This document shows, one piece after another, positions 1 through 12,213 of a stretch of 64,000 nucleotides of DNA. The notes beneath the pieces were generated by a model. It searched no databases, was not told the DNA's origin, and saw nothing but the letters and a program-made list of their open reading frames with translations. Every line of letters starts with the position of its first letter. Position 1 is the first letter of the stretch. The DNA is taken from the NCBI RefSeq assembly GCF_009914755.1, contig NC_060928.1. One strand, 5' to 3'. The stretch is from the human T2T-CHM13v2.0 reference genome, Homo sapiens. The position numbers and the translations under genes are program-made.

Positions 1-249
1 TTAAAATTTCTAATGTTTTAAAACAACTATTGGTCAAAATACTTCCTTAGAAGTGTAAGCTAAAATCTATGATCCTTTGATGTGAATACTCAAGCTGGCA
101 TATTTTTAAATCAAGCAAAATGTAAAAGGTTAAACAATCCATTATTCATCTCTTTTTCTCCCATTGTTCCAACACAAGAGAAAAGCAATTTTGATTTGTT
201 TAAATTTTATTATCACATTTTTTAAAATCTTGGTTAAAGACTGAATGTA

Positions 250-1356
250 GTCTCTAATGACCAGTGATGAGAAGCTTTTTTTATATGTTTGTTGGCCACA
301 TAAATGTCTTCTTTTGAGAAGTGTCTGTTCATATCCTTTGCCCACTTTTTGATGGGATTGTTTCTTTCTTTCTTGTAAGTTTGTTTAAGTTCCTTGTAGA
401 TTCTGGATATTAGCCCTTTGTCAGATGGATAGATTGCAAAAAATTTCTCCCATTCTATAGGTTGTCTTTTCACTCTGATGATAGTTTCTTTTGCTGTGCA
501 GAAGCTCTTTAGTTTAATTAGATCCCATTTGTCAATTTTGGCTTTTGTTGCCATTGCTTTTGGTGTTTTAGTCATGAAGTCTTTGCCCATTCCTATGTCC
601 TGAATGGTATTGCCTAGGTTTTCTTCTAGGGTTTTTATGGTTTTAGGTCTTACGTTTACATCTTTACTCCAACTTGAGTTAAATTTTGCATAAGGTGTAA
701 GGAAGGGGTCCAGTTTCAGTTTTCCGCTAGCCAGTTTTCCCAACGCCATTTATTAAATAGGGATTCCTTTCCCCATTTCTTGTTTTGTCAGGTTTGTCAA
801 AGATCAGATGGTTGTAGATGTGTGGCATTATTTCTGAGACCTCTGTTCTGTTCCATCGGTCTATATGTCTGTTTTGCTACCAGTACCATGCTCTTTTGGT
901 TACTGTAGGCTTGTAGTATAGTTTGAAGTCAGGTAGCATGATGCCTCCAGCTTTGTTCTATTTGCTTAGGATTGTCTTGGCTATACAGGCTCTTTTTTGG
1001 TTTTAGATGAAATTATTAGCAGTTTTTTCTAACTCCATGAAGAAAGTCAATAGTAGCTTGATGGAGATAGCATTGAATCTATAAATTACTTTGGGCAGTA
1101 TGGTCATTTTCATGATATTGATTCTTCCTATCCATGAGCATGGAATGTTTTTCCATTTGTTTGTGCCCTCTCTTATTTCCTTGAGCAGTGGCTTGTAGTT
1201 CTCCTTAAAGAGGTCCTTCACATCCCTTGTAAGTTGTATTCCTAGGTATTTTACTATCTTTGTAGCAATTGTGAATGGGTGTTCACTCATGATTTGGCTC
1301 TCTGTCTATTATTGGTGTATAGGAATGCTTGTGATTTTTGCATGTTGATTTTATAT
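250..1356 (-). mobile_element. LINE-1 (L1PA7/8-like) internal ORF2 C-terminal fragment
   Basis: ORFs 234..749 (KLDPFLTPY...[18 protein letters not shown]) and 1003..1290 ([20 protein letters not shown]...[10 protein letters not shown]) are L1 ORF2p sequence. No 3'UTR or poly(A). Confidence 0.95.
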
Positions 1357-1489
1357 CTTTATTGCTGACATCTCTCTTTAGTTTCAGATCTTTAGTTACA
1401 ATGCTTAGTTTATGGACAAAGGCTCTCAGATGTCCCTCAAGTATCTCAAACTTTAGGAGCACCCATGCCTTCCCTTTCACTGCTTTTCA

Positions 1490-1980
1490 TTTTTGTTTCA
1501 GACATTCATCAACCCACCATTCCCATTCATCCTGGAGGGCAGAAAGCTCTTTTCATGCTCTCTTTCTCTCTCTCTCTCTCTCTGTTACCTACAAACAATC
1601 AGTCATCATGTCTTGAAAATTCCCTATCAGAATTGTTTCTCAAATAGTCTCAAATCTATCTTCTCCTTTCCATTCATTTTTGAGATTACCTATGCCTTCT
1701 TGCTTGTTATAACTAGTGAATAATTGATCTTTCTAGTTCCCATATTCCTTCTACTCTAAACTCCAGGATAAATCTCCAATTTTAATCTTTCTAATGGATC
1801 TAATCTTGTCACTTTCCTGATCAAAAACTTTGGCCACTGTTTGTCTTCAAGAAAAAGTACATTCTCCTTCTTTCTGGCATTTGAGGGGATACCCAATCTG
1901 TCTTTACATACCTAGTTAGGGTTTTCTCCCAATACCTTTCTCCAAGCTCCATGTCTTATTTCAAACTGTCCTACACATGT
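1490..1980 (+). mobile_element. L2 LINE relic (degenerate), includes a short (CT)n near 1560-1585
   Basis: Resembles L2 3' region motifs (tctaatcttgtcactttcctgatcaaaaac); pyrimidine-rich. Boundaries approximate. Confidence 0.5.
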
Positions 1981-3074
1981 TATGTTTTAAACATTTCATC
2001 TACAATAATTTGTCGGAAATGGCATATATTTACCTAGCTTATTGTGAAGCCACAAGTCATTGGGATATGAAGACGGAATTTGGCTTTAGTTTTTCCCCAG
2101 TCATGTTCTTAATCATTCTGTACCAAATCTTTCCTGATCTCGGGGTGTCACCCCTTTAATGACACAGGTCAGCTTTTGAAACCCGGAGTAGTTTTAGTTT
2201 TTTAAACAATCTTATTCCATTTTAAGACTCAATCCTGATTCAAAGTTATTTCATGCTCCCAGAATAGTTCAGAGCCTTGGCTCTACTGATGTGCAGGGAG
2301 AGACGAGGATTGGTCTGTAGTCTGCTTTTCATACACCACCCCTTCTTCCACACCCACCCCTACTGGCTCCTCCAGTGTTGGGTGGAAAAGCAAGAGAGAA
2401 AAGGCAGATATCCTCTTACTTGCTTAGGAGAAGTTTTAGCTTCTCTTTGTTTGCCTCATCATTTATGGGATTCCTGGTGGCAGCTGGTAGCTTCATCTTG
2501 CTCCACCCATAAGGGTCTCAGAACAGCTCTTAAGTATGGTTCCTAGGAAGGTTTGACTAAATTTTCTCCCTGACTTCCAGCTGTTGGAATCGTCATGAGA
2601 TATTCTTCTGATATGTGAGTTTCTTTCTTCTGCTACTCTAGTGACCCCAATACAATCTTCCCTCCATGGCCAATTCAGGCTTTGGCCTCCTGTGAGAACC
2701 AGGATTTCAAAGCAGAGTGGCCTCACCCACTCCTTACCTGTCGGTCTTCCCCTATACCACCTCTCTCTTATTTCTTCCCCTTCTTGGGTAGGTAGAGGGA
2801 GAATGGCATGTAGACCAGATATTCCCCCAGATGATTAATTAGGAAACAAAAAGACTGTATCCCTTCACTATGTGGCCAGTGGACATTGGTCCCCTCAAAG
2901 TTCACAAAAGTTAGGGCTATTTTCTGTAGTCTAATGATAGGCTTTCCATAGGAACGCTTCTCCTCTAATAGGGTATCTCTTCTTTCCTAGTCCTGCCATA
3001 TCAATTTTGGTAGCTGCTGAACATATGTACCAGTATTTAAAAGCTGGTTGGTGGTAACTGATTTGTGTTGATAA

Positions 3075-3820
3075 CTGTAAAACACACATCCAATTTCAAA
3101 GACTTAGGATATGAAAAGATGTATGAATTACCATTTTATTACATTTATTATATGTTGAAAATATTTTGAATGTATTTGTTTAGATACTATGTTATCAACA
3201 TTAATTTTACCTGTTCTTTGTATTAATTTGGCTATAAGAAAACTTGGTTATATTTGTGGCTTGTGATGGGATTCAGTACATGTTATCCCAAAATATGGTA
3301 CTTTGAGATTTGAGAAAAAGTACAGAAGCAGAAAGGTCACTCTCACCCTCACCCACCCTTTTCTCCTGAAGCAGCTCATAAAAATCAAGGAATGATTTTC
3401 TGATCTACCATTAATGCAGATCTTAAGGCCCTGTTGTGAGAGGTGAACTTCCTATACCCAGAACAAAGGAATATAGTATTCCTGAAGATAAACACTCACA
3501 GAGAAGAATCTGAAGAAACTGGCCTTCCTGTTTTCCCCAGTTTATTACCATTAGATCATTCTCTTTGTCCAATCGTATTTCTCCATAACTGTCTACTACT
3601 CATTAAATCTAGTGTAAAAATACACAACTTTAACCATTTCTTTGGGTCTTCATTTCCTGAAGTAGGCTTCGATGTCATATAAAACTTAAATAAATATGTG
3701 TGCTTTTCCCTTGATAATCTGTCTTTTGTGATGGGGGTCCTCAGCCACAAATCTAGGATAGATAAGAAAAAATACATTTTTCCTCCTCTTCACTTGCATT
3801 TTATTTCTATTGGATGATGC
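3075..3820. mobile_element. MER33-like hAT-Charlie DNA transposon, split by an LTR at 3264-3792
   Basis: gtaaaacacacatccaatttcaaagacttag...ttatatttgtggcttg resumes after the LTR as catttttatttctattggatgatgct, matching the recalled MER33 terminus. Confidence 0.75.
3264..3792 (+). mobile_element. ERV1-class solo LTR (MER34/MER39-like)
   Basis: TG...CA termini and a perfect 4-bp TSD CTTG (3260-3263 / 3793-3796). Opens with cccaaaatatggtactttg; AATAAA in the 3' part. Confidence 0.8.
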
Positions 3821-4540
3821 TAATTTAGAAGAAAGGGTATGTCAATTAAATTTTACTAGTTCAGTGAACTACTAGTTCAGTGAATTCTGATAATTTAGAA
3901 TGTGGATAATTTACATGTTTGGTTTATAGCTTTTGGGCTTTACTCACAAATCAGAGACCAGCAAAGACAACATAGAAATTTAGTCTCCTTCTTAAAATCT
4001 TATTGAAAAGTATCCCTCTACTTATAGAATTCAGTCCTGAAAACGTGGGTCAAGAATTAATCAGAGCTGTATGTTGGGCCAAATGTTCATACCACCTAGG
4101 TTATAGTACTAGATGAATGTCAAAAAGGTATTTTTGAATTTGCGATCTTAATAAACATTAAAGTAGACAGAAAAATATACACCAGAATTAAAATCAACTA
4201 ATATTAAGGCTAGAAATCAACTTATTATTAAGAGATTTTGTGGTAACGTTTGAGGAAATGGAATAAGTTGTTCTCATCATGCTTATTAATGTTACTGAAA
4301 TGTTACAACTATTTCTCTAAATTAACCTAAAATACATTCTATTCTGCAATTAAGTTTGACTTCAGGTTGAATGCTACTTTTGCACTGAAAAACATTGTTT
4401 AAATCTATATGTGTGAAGGGGATTATAGGCTATATTACTAAACAGAATGCACATTTCCTTTTTAAAGTAGAAATGAAAACATTCTAAACATTTATAGATA
4501 CATCATCATTAACTATAGGAATATAAATTTGTCTCTTTAG

Positions 4541-4582
4541 AAAGTCATGCAGAACTGCTACAAAACAGCAAACTCTATCAAG
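4541..4582 (+). other. candidate small exon A (42 nt)
   Basis: ttgtctctttAG acceptor and AAG|GTAACC donor in non-repeat sequence. Splice signals only, no transcript evidence. Confidence 0.25.
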
Positions 4583-4665
4583 GTAACCTTTATTCCGTTC
4601 TGATAGTTATTATGAGGTATTTAAACACGTACTTAAAATGAAGTTGTCCTTTTCCTTCTGCCTAG

Positions 4666-4681
4666 ATGTCATATCTTCTTG
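4666..4681 (+). other. candidate micro-exon B (16 nt)
   Basis: ttttccttctgcctAG acceptor after an 83-nt intron; TTG|GTAAAA donor. Confidence 0.2.
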
Positions 4682-6014
4682 GTAAAAGAAATGTCTAAAA
4701 ATATTCCCCTTCCCTATCTAATTGAGCATATATGAGAGTATGCTGTAATTGGTATTCTGATTGCACTAAGATTCCTCATCATACCCATTTTTGTTTCAAT
4801 ACTGTCATTATCATAGTTTTACATTATCATACTTAAAGCACTTATGATATATGCAGAGAAAGTTATAAAAAATGAGAGTTATAATTGTGGGTCTTAGAAA
4901 AAATATACATGAGGGTTTCTGAAAAGGACATTTAACCATGAAATAACAAAAATAGAAATATCTAATGACAATAAATGACAGTCTAAATAAAGAATGAAAA
5001 GGTGACTTTCCTATTCTAAAATGGAAATTTTTGACATTTTTATATTGCTGATCTGATATGTGTTATCTATCTGACACTAGTGGAAAGCTGCTATGTTTTT
5101 AAATTCCAACTAAATTTTAGATAGGAAACATGAAAAGTAGCAAAAGATACCATTTCTTGTTATTGTTTTGTCCTGACAAAATTTATACTATAAGGGGAGA
5201 TTCTTCAAAAGAATAGAGCACATAATTGAGGCAGCTCATTTACTTCTTTCCAGCTGCTATTTTTGGCTGCTAATTGCTGACCACCACAACACTTTGTCAC
5301 TTTAAGTGATTTCCATTTAAAAGGAATATTTCTAGAAAAGCTGAAATCACTTTAAAATATATTCAAATATAAAAGTAAATACATAGATTTTATTCACAAT
5401 ATAGACACATATAAAAATACATATAACACATTTATACACACACATATATGGATATTCTTCAAGACAAAAATTAGGTTATTTTGAAAAATAATCCAAAATT
5501 GCTCATATGCCAAAGTGCTATCGGTTAGAGAAAATTGAGCATTTGTCTTAATTTGGATAAACAGGTAAAAAATATAATGGTACAGAATCAGAGAGACTGA
5601 AATATAAAGTAAATAAACAAAGAGAAATTTCATGGCCTCTTTATATCTGTAGCAGGGTCATAAAACAGGAAGAATAAAAACTTATACAAACCACTGGGCT
5701 CTTTGGACACCTGAGATTGAGATCCCCATGAGTATTAGACACCTTCTTTAACTTCCTATTATTTACCAAGTAAATATCTTTATTGTGTTTTATGTCTTTG
5801 GTAAACATAAATATCTTAAAATGGTATCTTCTCTTGAGTCTCACTAAATAATGAAACAGATGATAACTCTGTCTTTAGCATTCTCTTGGAAAAGTCTGAA
5901 AATGGAGTAAAACATTCATTTAGGGAAAACAGTGTTTGATATTTCTTTAAGATAGACGACTTATTAGACTTTATATTTACATCTGTTTTTTGCTTCCAAA
6001 CTTTTGTATCTCAG

Positions 6015-6047
6015 GTGGATGATCTTTCAAAAGAGGTTGACAAAGAT
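6015..6047 (+). other. candidate small exon C (33 nt)
   Basis: tttttgcttccaaacttttgtatctcAG acceptor; weak GAT|GTAAAC donor. Confidence 0.22.
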
Positions 6048-6099
6048 GTAAACTTCTGTTCATGTGTGCTTAGGTTGCAAAGGGGGAATTATAGATTGG

Positions 6100-6310
6100 A
6101 TATCAGAATTACCTTTGTAAAAAACAGATTTGATATTAATCCCTCATAGGTAAAAATCAAGCCAACAAACTCATCACCACTACAGTGCAAAATCAGAGCT
6201 CAGACTCCCTGGTGGCAGCAGCTCAGGGATGGACCTCCAGAATATGCATTTTCAAATGTTCCTCAGGTAAAATTGATACAGCCAGTCCCCAATCCAAACA
6301 GAGAATCAAT
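6100..6310. mobile_element. MER5-like hAT-Charlie element
   Basis: atcagaattacct...gaatatgcattttcaaatgttcctcaggtaaaattgat resembles the MER5 core. Confidence 0.55.
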
Positions 6311-6427
6311 CCTATAGGTACTTTATATTCTATCCTTATTTTAAAAATAGGATCACTAGAAATTTATATACTTAAAATTTTGCTTTCTGTCTTGGCATTT
6401 ATGGAGCTCAGAGTAAATTTTAAAATA

Positions 6428-7627
6428 CAGTCATGGGCCACATAAGTATGTTTTGGTCAATGACAGACCACATATATGGTGGTGGTCTCATAAGATTATA
6501 ATGGAAGTGAAAAAATTCCTATTACCTATTGATGTCACAGCTGTCATAATGTAGTAGCACAATGTACTCATGTTTGTGGTGATGCTGGTGTAAACAAGCC
6601 TACTGTGCTGCCAGTCTTATAAAAGTATAGTATATACAATTACATACCATATATAATACTTGATAATAAATGACAATGTTGCTGGTCTGTGTATTTACTA
6701 TATTATGTTTTTATTGGTATTTTGGAGCATACTCCTTCTACTTATTAAAGAATAGTTAACTGTAAAACAGCCTCAGGCAGTTTCTTCAGGAAGTAGTCTG
6801 GAAAAAGGTGTTGTTATCATAAAAGGTGACAACTCTATGTATACTATTGCCCCTGAAGACCTTCCAGTGGGACAAGATGTGGAAGTAGAAGACAGTGATA
6901 GTGATGATCCTGAGCCTTTTTAGGAGTAGGTTAATGTGAGTGTTTATGGCATAGTTTCTAAAAACAAAGTTTAAAAATTTTTAAAAAATTAATATAAAAA
7001 GTTTATAGAATAAGGATACATTTTTTATACAGCTGTGTATTTTAAGCTATGTGTTATTGCAAAAGAGTGAAGAAGTTAAAAAGTTTATAAAGTAAAAAAG
7101 TTACAGTAAGCTAAGACTTATTTGTTATAAGAGAAAGATTTTTTAAAATAAATTTGATGTAACCTACATGTACAGTATTTATAAAATCTGCTGTAGTGTA
7201 CAGTAATGTCCTATGCCTTCACATTCACTCAGCACTCACACTGACTCACCCAGAGCAACTTCCAGTACTGTAAGCTCCATCCATGGTAAGTACCCTATAC
7301 AGGTATACCTTTTTTTCTTTTATATCATATTTTACCTTACCTTTTCTATGTTTAGATACACAAACACTTACCACTGTGTTACAATTACCTATGATATTCA
7401 TTATAGTAACATGCTGTACAGGTTTGTAGCCTAGGGGCAATAAGCTATACCAGTTGTTGCACTACACACCTCGGGTAGTATGATATATACGCTGGGTATG
7501 TACATCATACAGCATACTTACACATAGAGTGTACCATTGTGTAAATACACTCTGATGTTCACACAACAGAATTGCTTAATGCTGCATTTCTCAGAATGTA
7601 TTCCTATTGTTAAGTGACACATGACTG
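6428..7627. mobile_element. Tigger3b (MER7-type) TcMar-Tigger non-autonomous DNA transposon
   Basis: TIRs CAGTCATG.../...CATGACTG with TA target duplication on both sides (6426-27, 7628-29); 1.2 kb. Confidence 0.9.
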
Positions 7628-7878
7628 TACAACAGTATCTTAGTTGGTGACTTCACAGGCTAAAGTTAGTATTTTTAGTTTTAGGTTTTATATATTCAGT
7701 GGTAATCTCTTCATGCTTGATAGAATATACTCTCTTGTTTTTGGAATGCCTTGAAGCCAAACAGATTAGCTTAAGTACTTGAAATTATTTATAAATAAGT
7801 AATAGCTTCTACACTTAAAAACATCAATTTCAACTTGTAAATGTTTTTTAACTTTTTTTCTCTTCTCCATTCTCACAG

Positions 7879-7914
7879 ATATTTCCTCAAAAATACCAAC
7901 AAACTGCTAAATAA
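7879..7914 (+). other. candidate (terminal?) exon D start
   Basis: Strong acceptor: branch-like ttttaac, long polypyrimidine tract, then CAG (7876-7878). AATAAA at 8368-8373. Confidence 0.28.
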
Positions 7915-8069
7915 CCTCCTCCAATATTTTTTTATTTATTATAGTTGACTCACAAAAATGTCTTCCAAGAGGATAGTAGAACACATTTTGAGTAAAAGAG
8001 TTAACCTTTATTGTATGATATTCATAAACCTCAATATGAATTTGATTTACCATATTAGCCCTATCTCCA

Positions 8070-8330
8070 GATATTTAATTCTCCCAAGTCTATGTGCACA
8101 ATTAAATCTCCATGCTTTTATCCATATTGTTTCTACTGTCCAGCATGTTCTTCCTTCTAATTTCTTTCTGTTTAAGATTAACTCATTCTTTAAGAACCAA
8201 CTGAAATGTTATTTCCTCTGTGAATGTGTCTTCCAATCCTACCAGAAAGAGCTTTCTTTTACCCTCATATAGTATTTAGAAAATTAGATTTGTAAGTAAT
8301 CACATGATATTGTGGTTATTCATTTATATG
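8070..8330 (+). mobile_element. L2 fragment
   Basis: catgcttttatccatattgtttctactgtccagcatgttcttcc...aactcattctttaagaaccaactgaaatgttatttcctc follows the L2 3' motif order. Confidence 0.55.
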
Positions 8331-8542
8331 TGTTGTGACCCAGAACTTGGGTCTCAAGTAAAATCTAAATAAAAGATGATAATTTTATAGATACCATATT
8401 GTATGCCATGACTTGTGATTACACAGCACCATGGTCTAAGTCTAGCTTGAAGAAGTTGATTTCACAAAAATGTATTTGTTCCAATGTTAAAATACAGGCT
8501 CCATTCTTTTTTCCAATTTCACACTTTCTCATTGTACCTGAC

Positions 8543-8895
8543 TATATTAGTCCATTTTCATGCTGCTGATGAGGACATACCCAAGACTGGGAAGAAAAAG
8601 AGTTTTAATTGGACTTACAGTTCTACATGGCTGGGGAGGCCTCAGAATCATGGCAGGAGGTGAAAGGCACTTCTTGCATGGTGACAGCAAGAGAACATAA
8701 GGAAGAAGCAAAAGCAGAAACTCCTGATAAAACCATCAGGTCTTGTGAGACTTACTCACTATCATGAGAATAGCATGGGAAAAACCGGCCCTCATGATTC
8801 AATTACCCCCCCGGGATCCCTCTCACAACATGTGGGAATTCTGGGAGATACAATTCAAGTTGAGATTTGGGTGGGGACACAGCCAAACCATATCA
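8543..8895 (-). mobile_element. THE1A solo LTR (ERVL-MaLR)
   Basis: Matches recalled THE1A diagnostics (gggaagaaaaagag, ctgggagatacaattcaagttgag). Perfect 5-bp TSD CTGAC (8538-8542 / 8896-8900). Confidence 0.93.
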
Positions 8896-9919
8896 CTGAC
8901 CAAATTATTTGCAGGGAAGTTTAAGGGGAACATATTATCATTTGTATGGTCCTGGATCTTGTTATTTTCCTAGTCATTCCCTTAGCTTTAATGCAGATTG
9001 AGATATGGTGATTTGAAGACATCAAAATACCTATTTTACATAACAGTTCAGTTCTTCATCAGAGGGCATTAAACCCTAGGGAAGAATAAAATGAAGAATA
9101 CAAATAAGAATTCTAAAGCAATGTCAACAAAGGAAAAGGACTTTAAAAATAAAGCTATTATGCAAGCACAAAGTCCTTTTTGGGAAAAGATTTCAAAGGT
9201 TTTCCTTCCATCTAAGTTCCCTACAATTCTGTTTAAATCCTAATTCTGTACGTGATTTACGTTATGTTTCTTTAATATCAGGTCCCTTATCTCTGAACAC
9301 CTTGATGGAGGGGCCACAAACTCTTTATTTTTGAATGTTCCTAAAGCACAATTCTTAAAATACAGCAGTCTGGCTTAGTAAATAAATGTTTTGATTAAAT
9401 AAATATAAATTTAGGACAAATCATCACAGATTTTAATTTTACCTATTAATTACCAAATACTTGATGTATTATATAATGTTATTGTGGGTTTTCATTACTC
9501 AGTTTACATCGAAAGAGATTAGAAGGCTGCAGCCTTTTAAAAACGATTTAGGACTTTTGCTTCCAATAGTAGTATAATGAGTAATTTGGACCAACTCTTC
9601 CAATAAAAATAAAAATCCTGGAAAAGTTATAAGATATTATAAAATCATTGAAGTGAGAAGATAGTAAAAAGCTCAATAATAAAAAAAACCTTGATGAGTA
9701 TGACTGAATATAAAAAAGGACAGAAAAAGACAATATTAGGAACACAAAATAGGATAAGAGCAGATCTAAAATATTAAAATGTACCATGTCATCTTATATC
9801 AGTGCTTTTGAAAACCTAGGCAAAAGGGAAAATCTGTAGGAATGTATAAATTAACAAAATTAGACAAAAATAGATTAACAACTACAGAAGAAACAAACAT
9901 GTTCATTAAACACCTACCA

Positions 9920-10373
9920 TCACTCCCTCCTCTCTTCCCTCGTGGTAAATGTGCTAGCCTCTTAGTGTCCTGAGATTTACTTTTACTTTTGCCTGTCTGG
10001 AAATCTCTTCCACATGATTTTAACATGGCAGGATCCTTCTCATAGTTAAAGGCTATGTTTCAATATCATTTAATAAAGAAAGCTTATCTGGCTGTATTTT
10101 CTAATGTTACACTAATCCCTGTTAAATCTTTCTTCACTGAATTTATGTTTTATTTCCTTCACAACTTTGACATTATATGAAATTAGTCATGTTAACTTTT
10201 AAATGTATTCATTTATTTATTTACTTGTACATCTTGTCTTCTCTACTACAAATAGTGCTATAAAAGCAAGGACTTTATCAGACTTTTCCACAACTTTATC
10301 ACTAGAACCTTTATCCCTAGCATATACTCTGGTACACTATAAACATGTAATAAGTATTTATTTACTGAATGAG
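9920..10373 (+). mobile_element. L2 3' end
   Basis: Ends in cctagcatatactctggtacac...aataagtatttatttactgaatga, the typical L2/MIR tail. Confidence 0.65.
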
Positions 10374-10374
10374 T

Positions 10375-11370
10375 TCTATTAAAGTAGGAAATAAAATGAG
10401 GATCTTTGATAAAATTACTACTATTCAACATTATATTGGAGATTCGAGCCAATGCAATAACACAAGGAACAGTGACAATGAATATAAATATTGGAAAAAC
10501 AACATCAAAAATCATTATTTGCATATGCTGTTGTCAGCTAGGAGCAAACCAAAACCAGAATAATTAATCCACAGCTGTGAAGTCCAATAAGACAGTTTAT
10601 CAAGATGGAAAGATCCAAAATCAACAGACACACACAAGTCACATTTTCTTGTATGGCAACAATAATATATTAGGAAATGTAATGGAAAAGCATTACATTT
10701 TCAGTAGCAACAAATATTGAGACATGCTTAGGAGTAAGCCTAACAAGAAAAGTGCAAGAATGTCATGGAAAACACTGCAAAGCTTTACTGGTAGCTGTAA
10801 AACATTCTAAATTAATAGAGAGGCAGTCTATCATTACAGATAGCATGACTCACTATTTTAAATATTCCTCACATTAATCTGTAAAGGCAATTTAATTCCA
10901 AGAAATGTTAGAACTGAATTCCTCATGGGTCTTGAAAACCAATTTTAAAGTTCAAGTGAATAATAAATTTGCAATAATTAGCCAAAATAACTAAAAACAA
11001 CTCAAGTAGTTTTTAAGTGTGTCCTACTAAAATCTAAATATTTTGTAATGCTATATAACAGTACTGTTGTTGATGCAATATGAGTTCTGAAATAACCCAC
11101 CAAATATATGGAGATTGAATAAATAATGAAGATAGCCTTTCAAATAAATGATGAAGGAAGACATATCAGTCTATAAATAGTATTGGGATTAATAACCTGT
11201 ATATATAAAATATTCATGTAGGAAATTATGTACAGCCCAAAGGAAATTAGACAAAAATAAAACAAAATACACAGTGATAATTACAAATAGAAGCATATGA
11301 AATTAAATGCAATTCATGCATTAATTAAATATAAACTGAAACAACAAGACACCATTCTCCTGCTTGATAT
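10375..11370 (+). mobile_element. Ancient L1 (L1ME-like) ORF2 remnant
   Basis: ctattcaacattatattggagattcgagccaatgcaata and further degenerate ORF2 landmarks. Confidence 0.65.
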
Positions 11371-11607
11371 TCACTGTTTTTGGCAGCCCTTCTTCCTGTT
11401 TTGTGATGTGAAGTTTTAGATTGCTCCTTGTGTCACTAAAGTTAAATATACATTTCTGTTTTCTAATTTCTAATTCTCCTGAAGATTTGAGCAGATCTCT
11501 AAAAGAACAAAAGAAAGTGCCAAACTTACTTCACCATTTTAAATTGGGGAAGTCAGCATATTACTCTGAGTCTTTTAAAGTTGATAATAAAATATTAATT
11601 AAGAATT

Positions 11608-12213
11608 TTTTTATTATACTTTAAGTTCTGGGATACATGTGCAGAACGTGCACATTTGTTACATAGGTATACACATACCATGGTGGTTTGCTGCACACAT
11701 CAACCCATCACCTACATTAGGTATTTCTCCTAATGCTATCCCTCCCCTAGCTTCCCACCCCCTGGTTGGCCCCAATGTGTGACGTTCCCCTCCCTGTGTC
11801 CATGTGTTCTCATTGTTCAACTCCCACTTGTGAGTGACAATATGCGGTGTTTGGTTTTCTGTTCTTGTGTTAGTTTGCTGAGAATGATGGTTTCCAGCTT
11901 CATCCATGTCCCTACAAAGGACATGAGCTCATCCTTTTTTATGGCTGCATAGTATTCTATGGTATATATGTGCCACACTTTCTTTATCCACTCTATCATT
12001 GGTGGACATTTGGGTTGGTTCCAAGTCTTTGTTATTGTGAATAGTGACACAATAAACATATGTGTACATGGGTTTTTATAGTAGAATGATTTATAATCCT
12101 TTGGGTATATGCCCAGTAATGGGATTGCTGGGTCAAATGGTATTTCTAGTTCTAGATCCTTGAGGAATTGTCATACTGTCTTCCACAGTGGTTAAACTAA
12201 TTTATACTCCCAA
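11608..12213 (-). mobile_element. 5'-truncated L1PA7-like 3' end
   Basis: L1PA 3'UTR plus ORF2 terminus (ORF 11817..12059 WNQPKCP...ILSKL). TSD ATTAAGAATT at 11598-11607 / 12225-12234 with about 11 nt of filler at the 5' junction. Confidence 0.93.

Noticed and set aside
6206-6221. CTCF-like motif CTCCCTGGTGGCAG
   Set aside because: Several mismatches at core positions; insufficient without ChIP data.
4541-7914. Assignment of the small exons to casein/SCPP or another micro-exon gene family
   Set aside because: The exon sizes are suggestive but the peptides match nothing I recognise, so no gene symbol is given.
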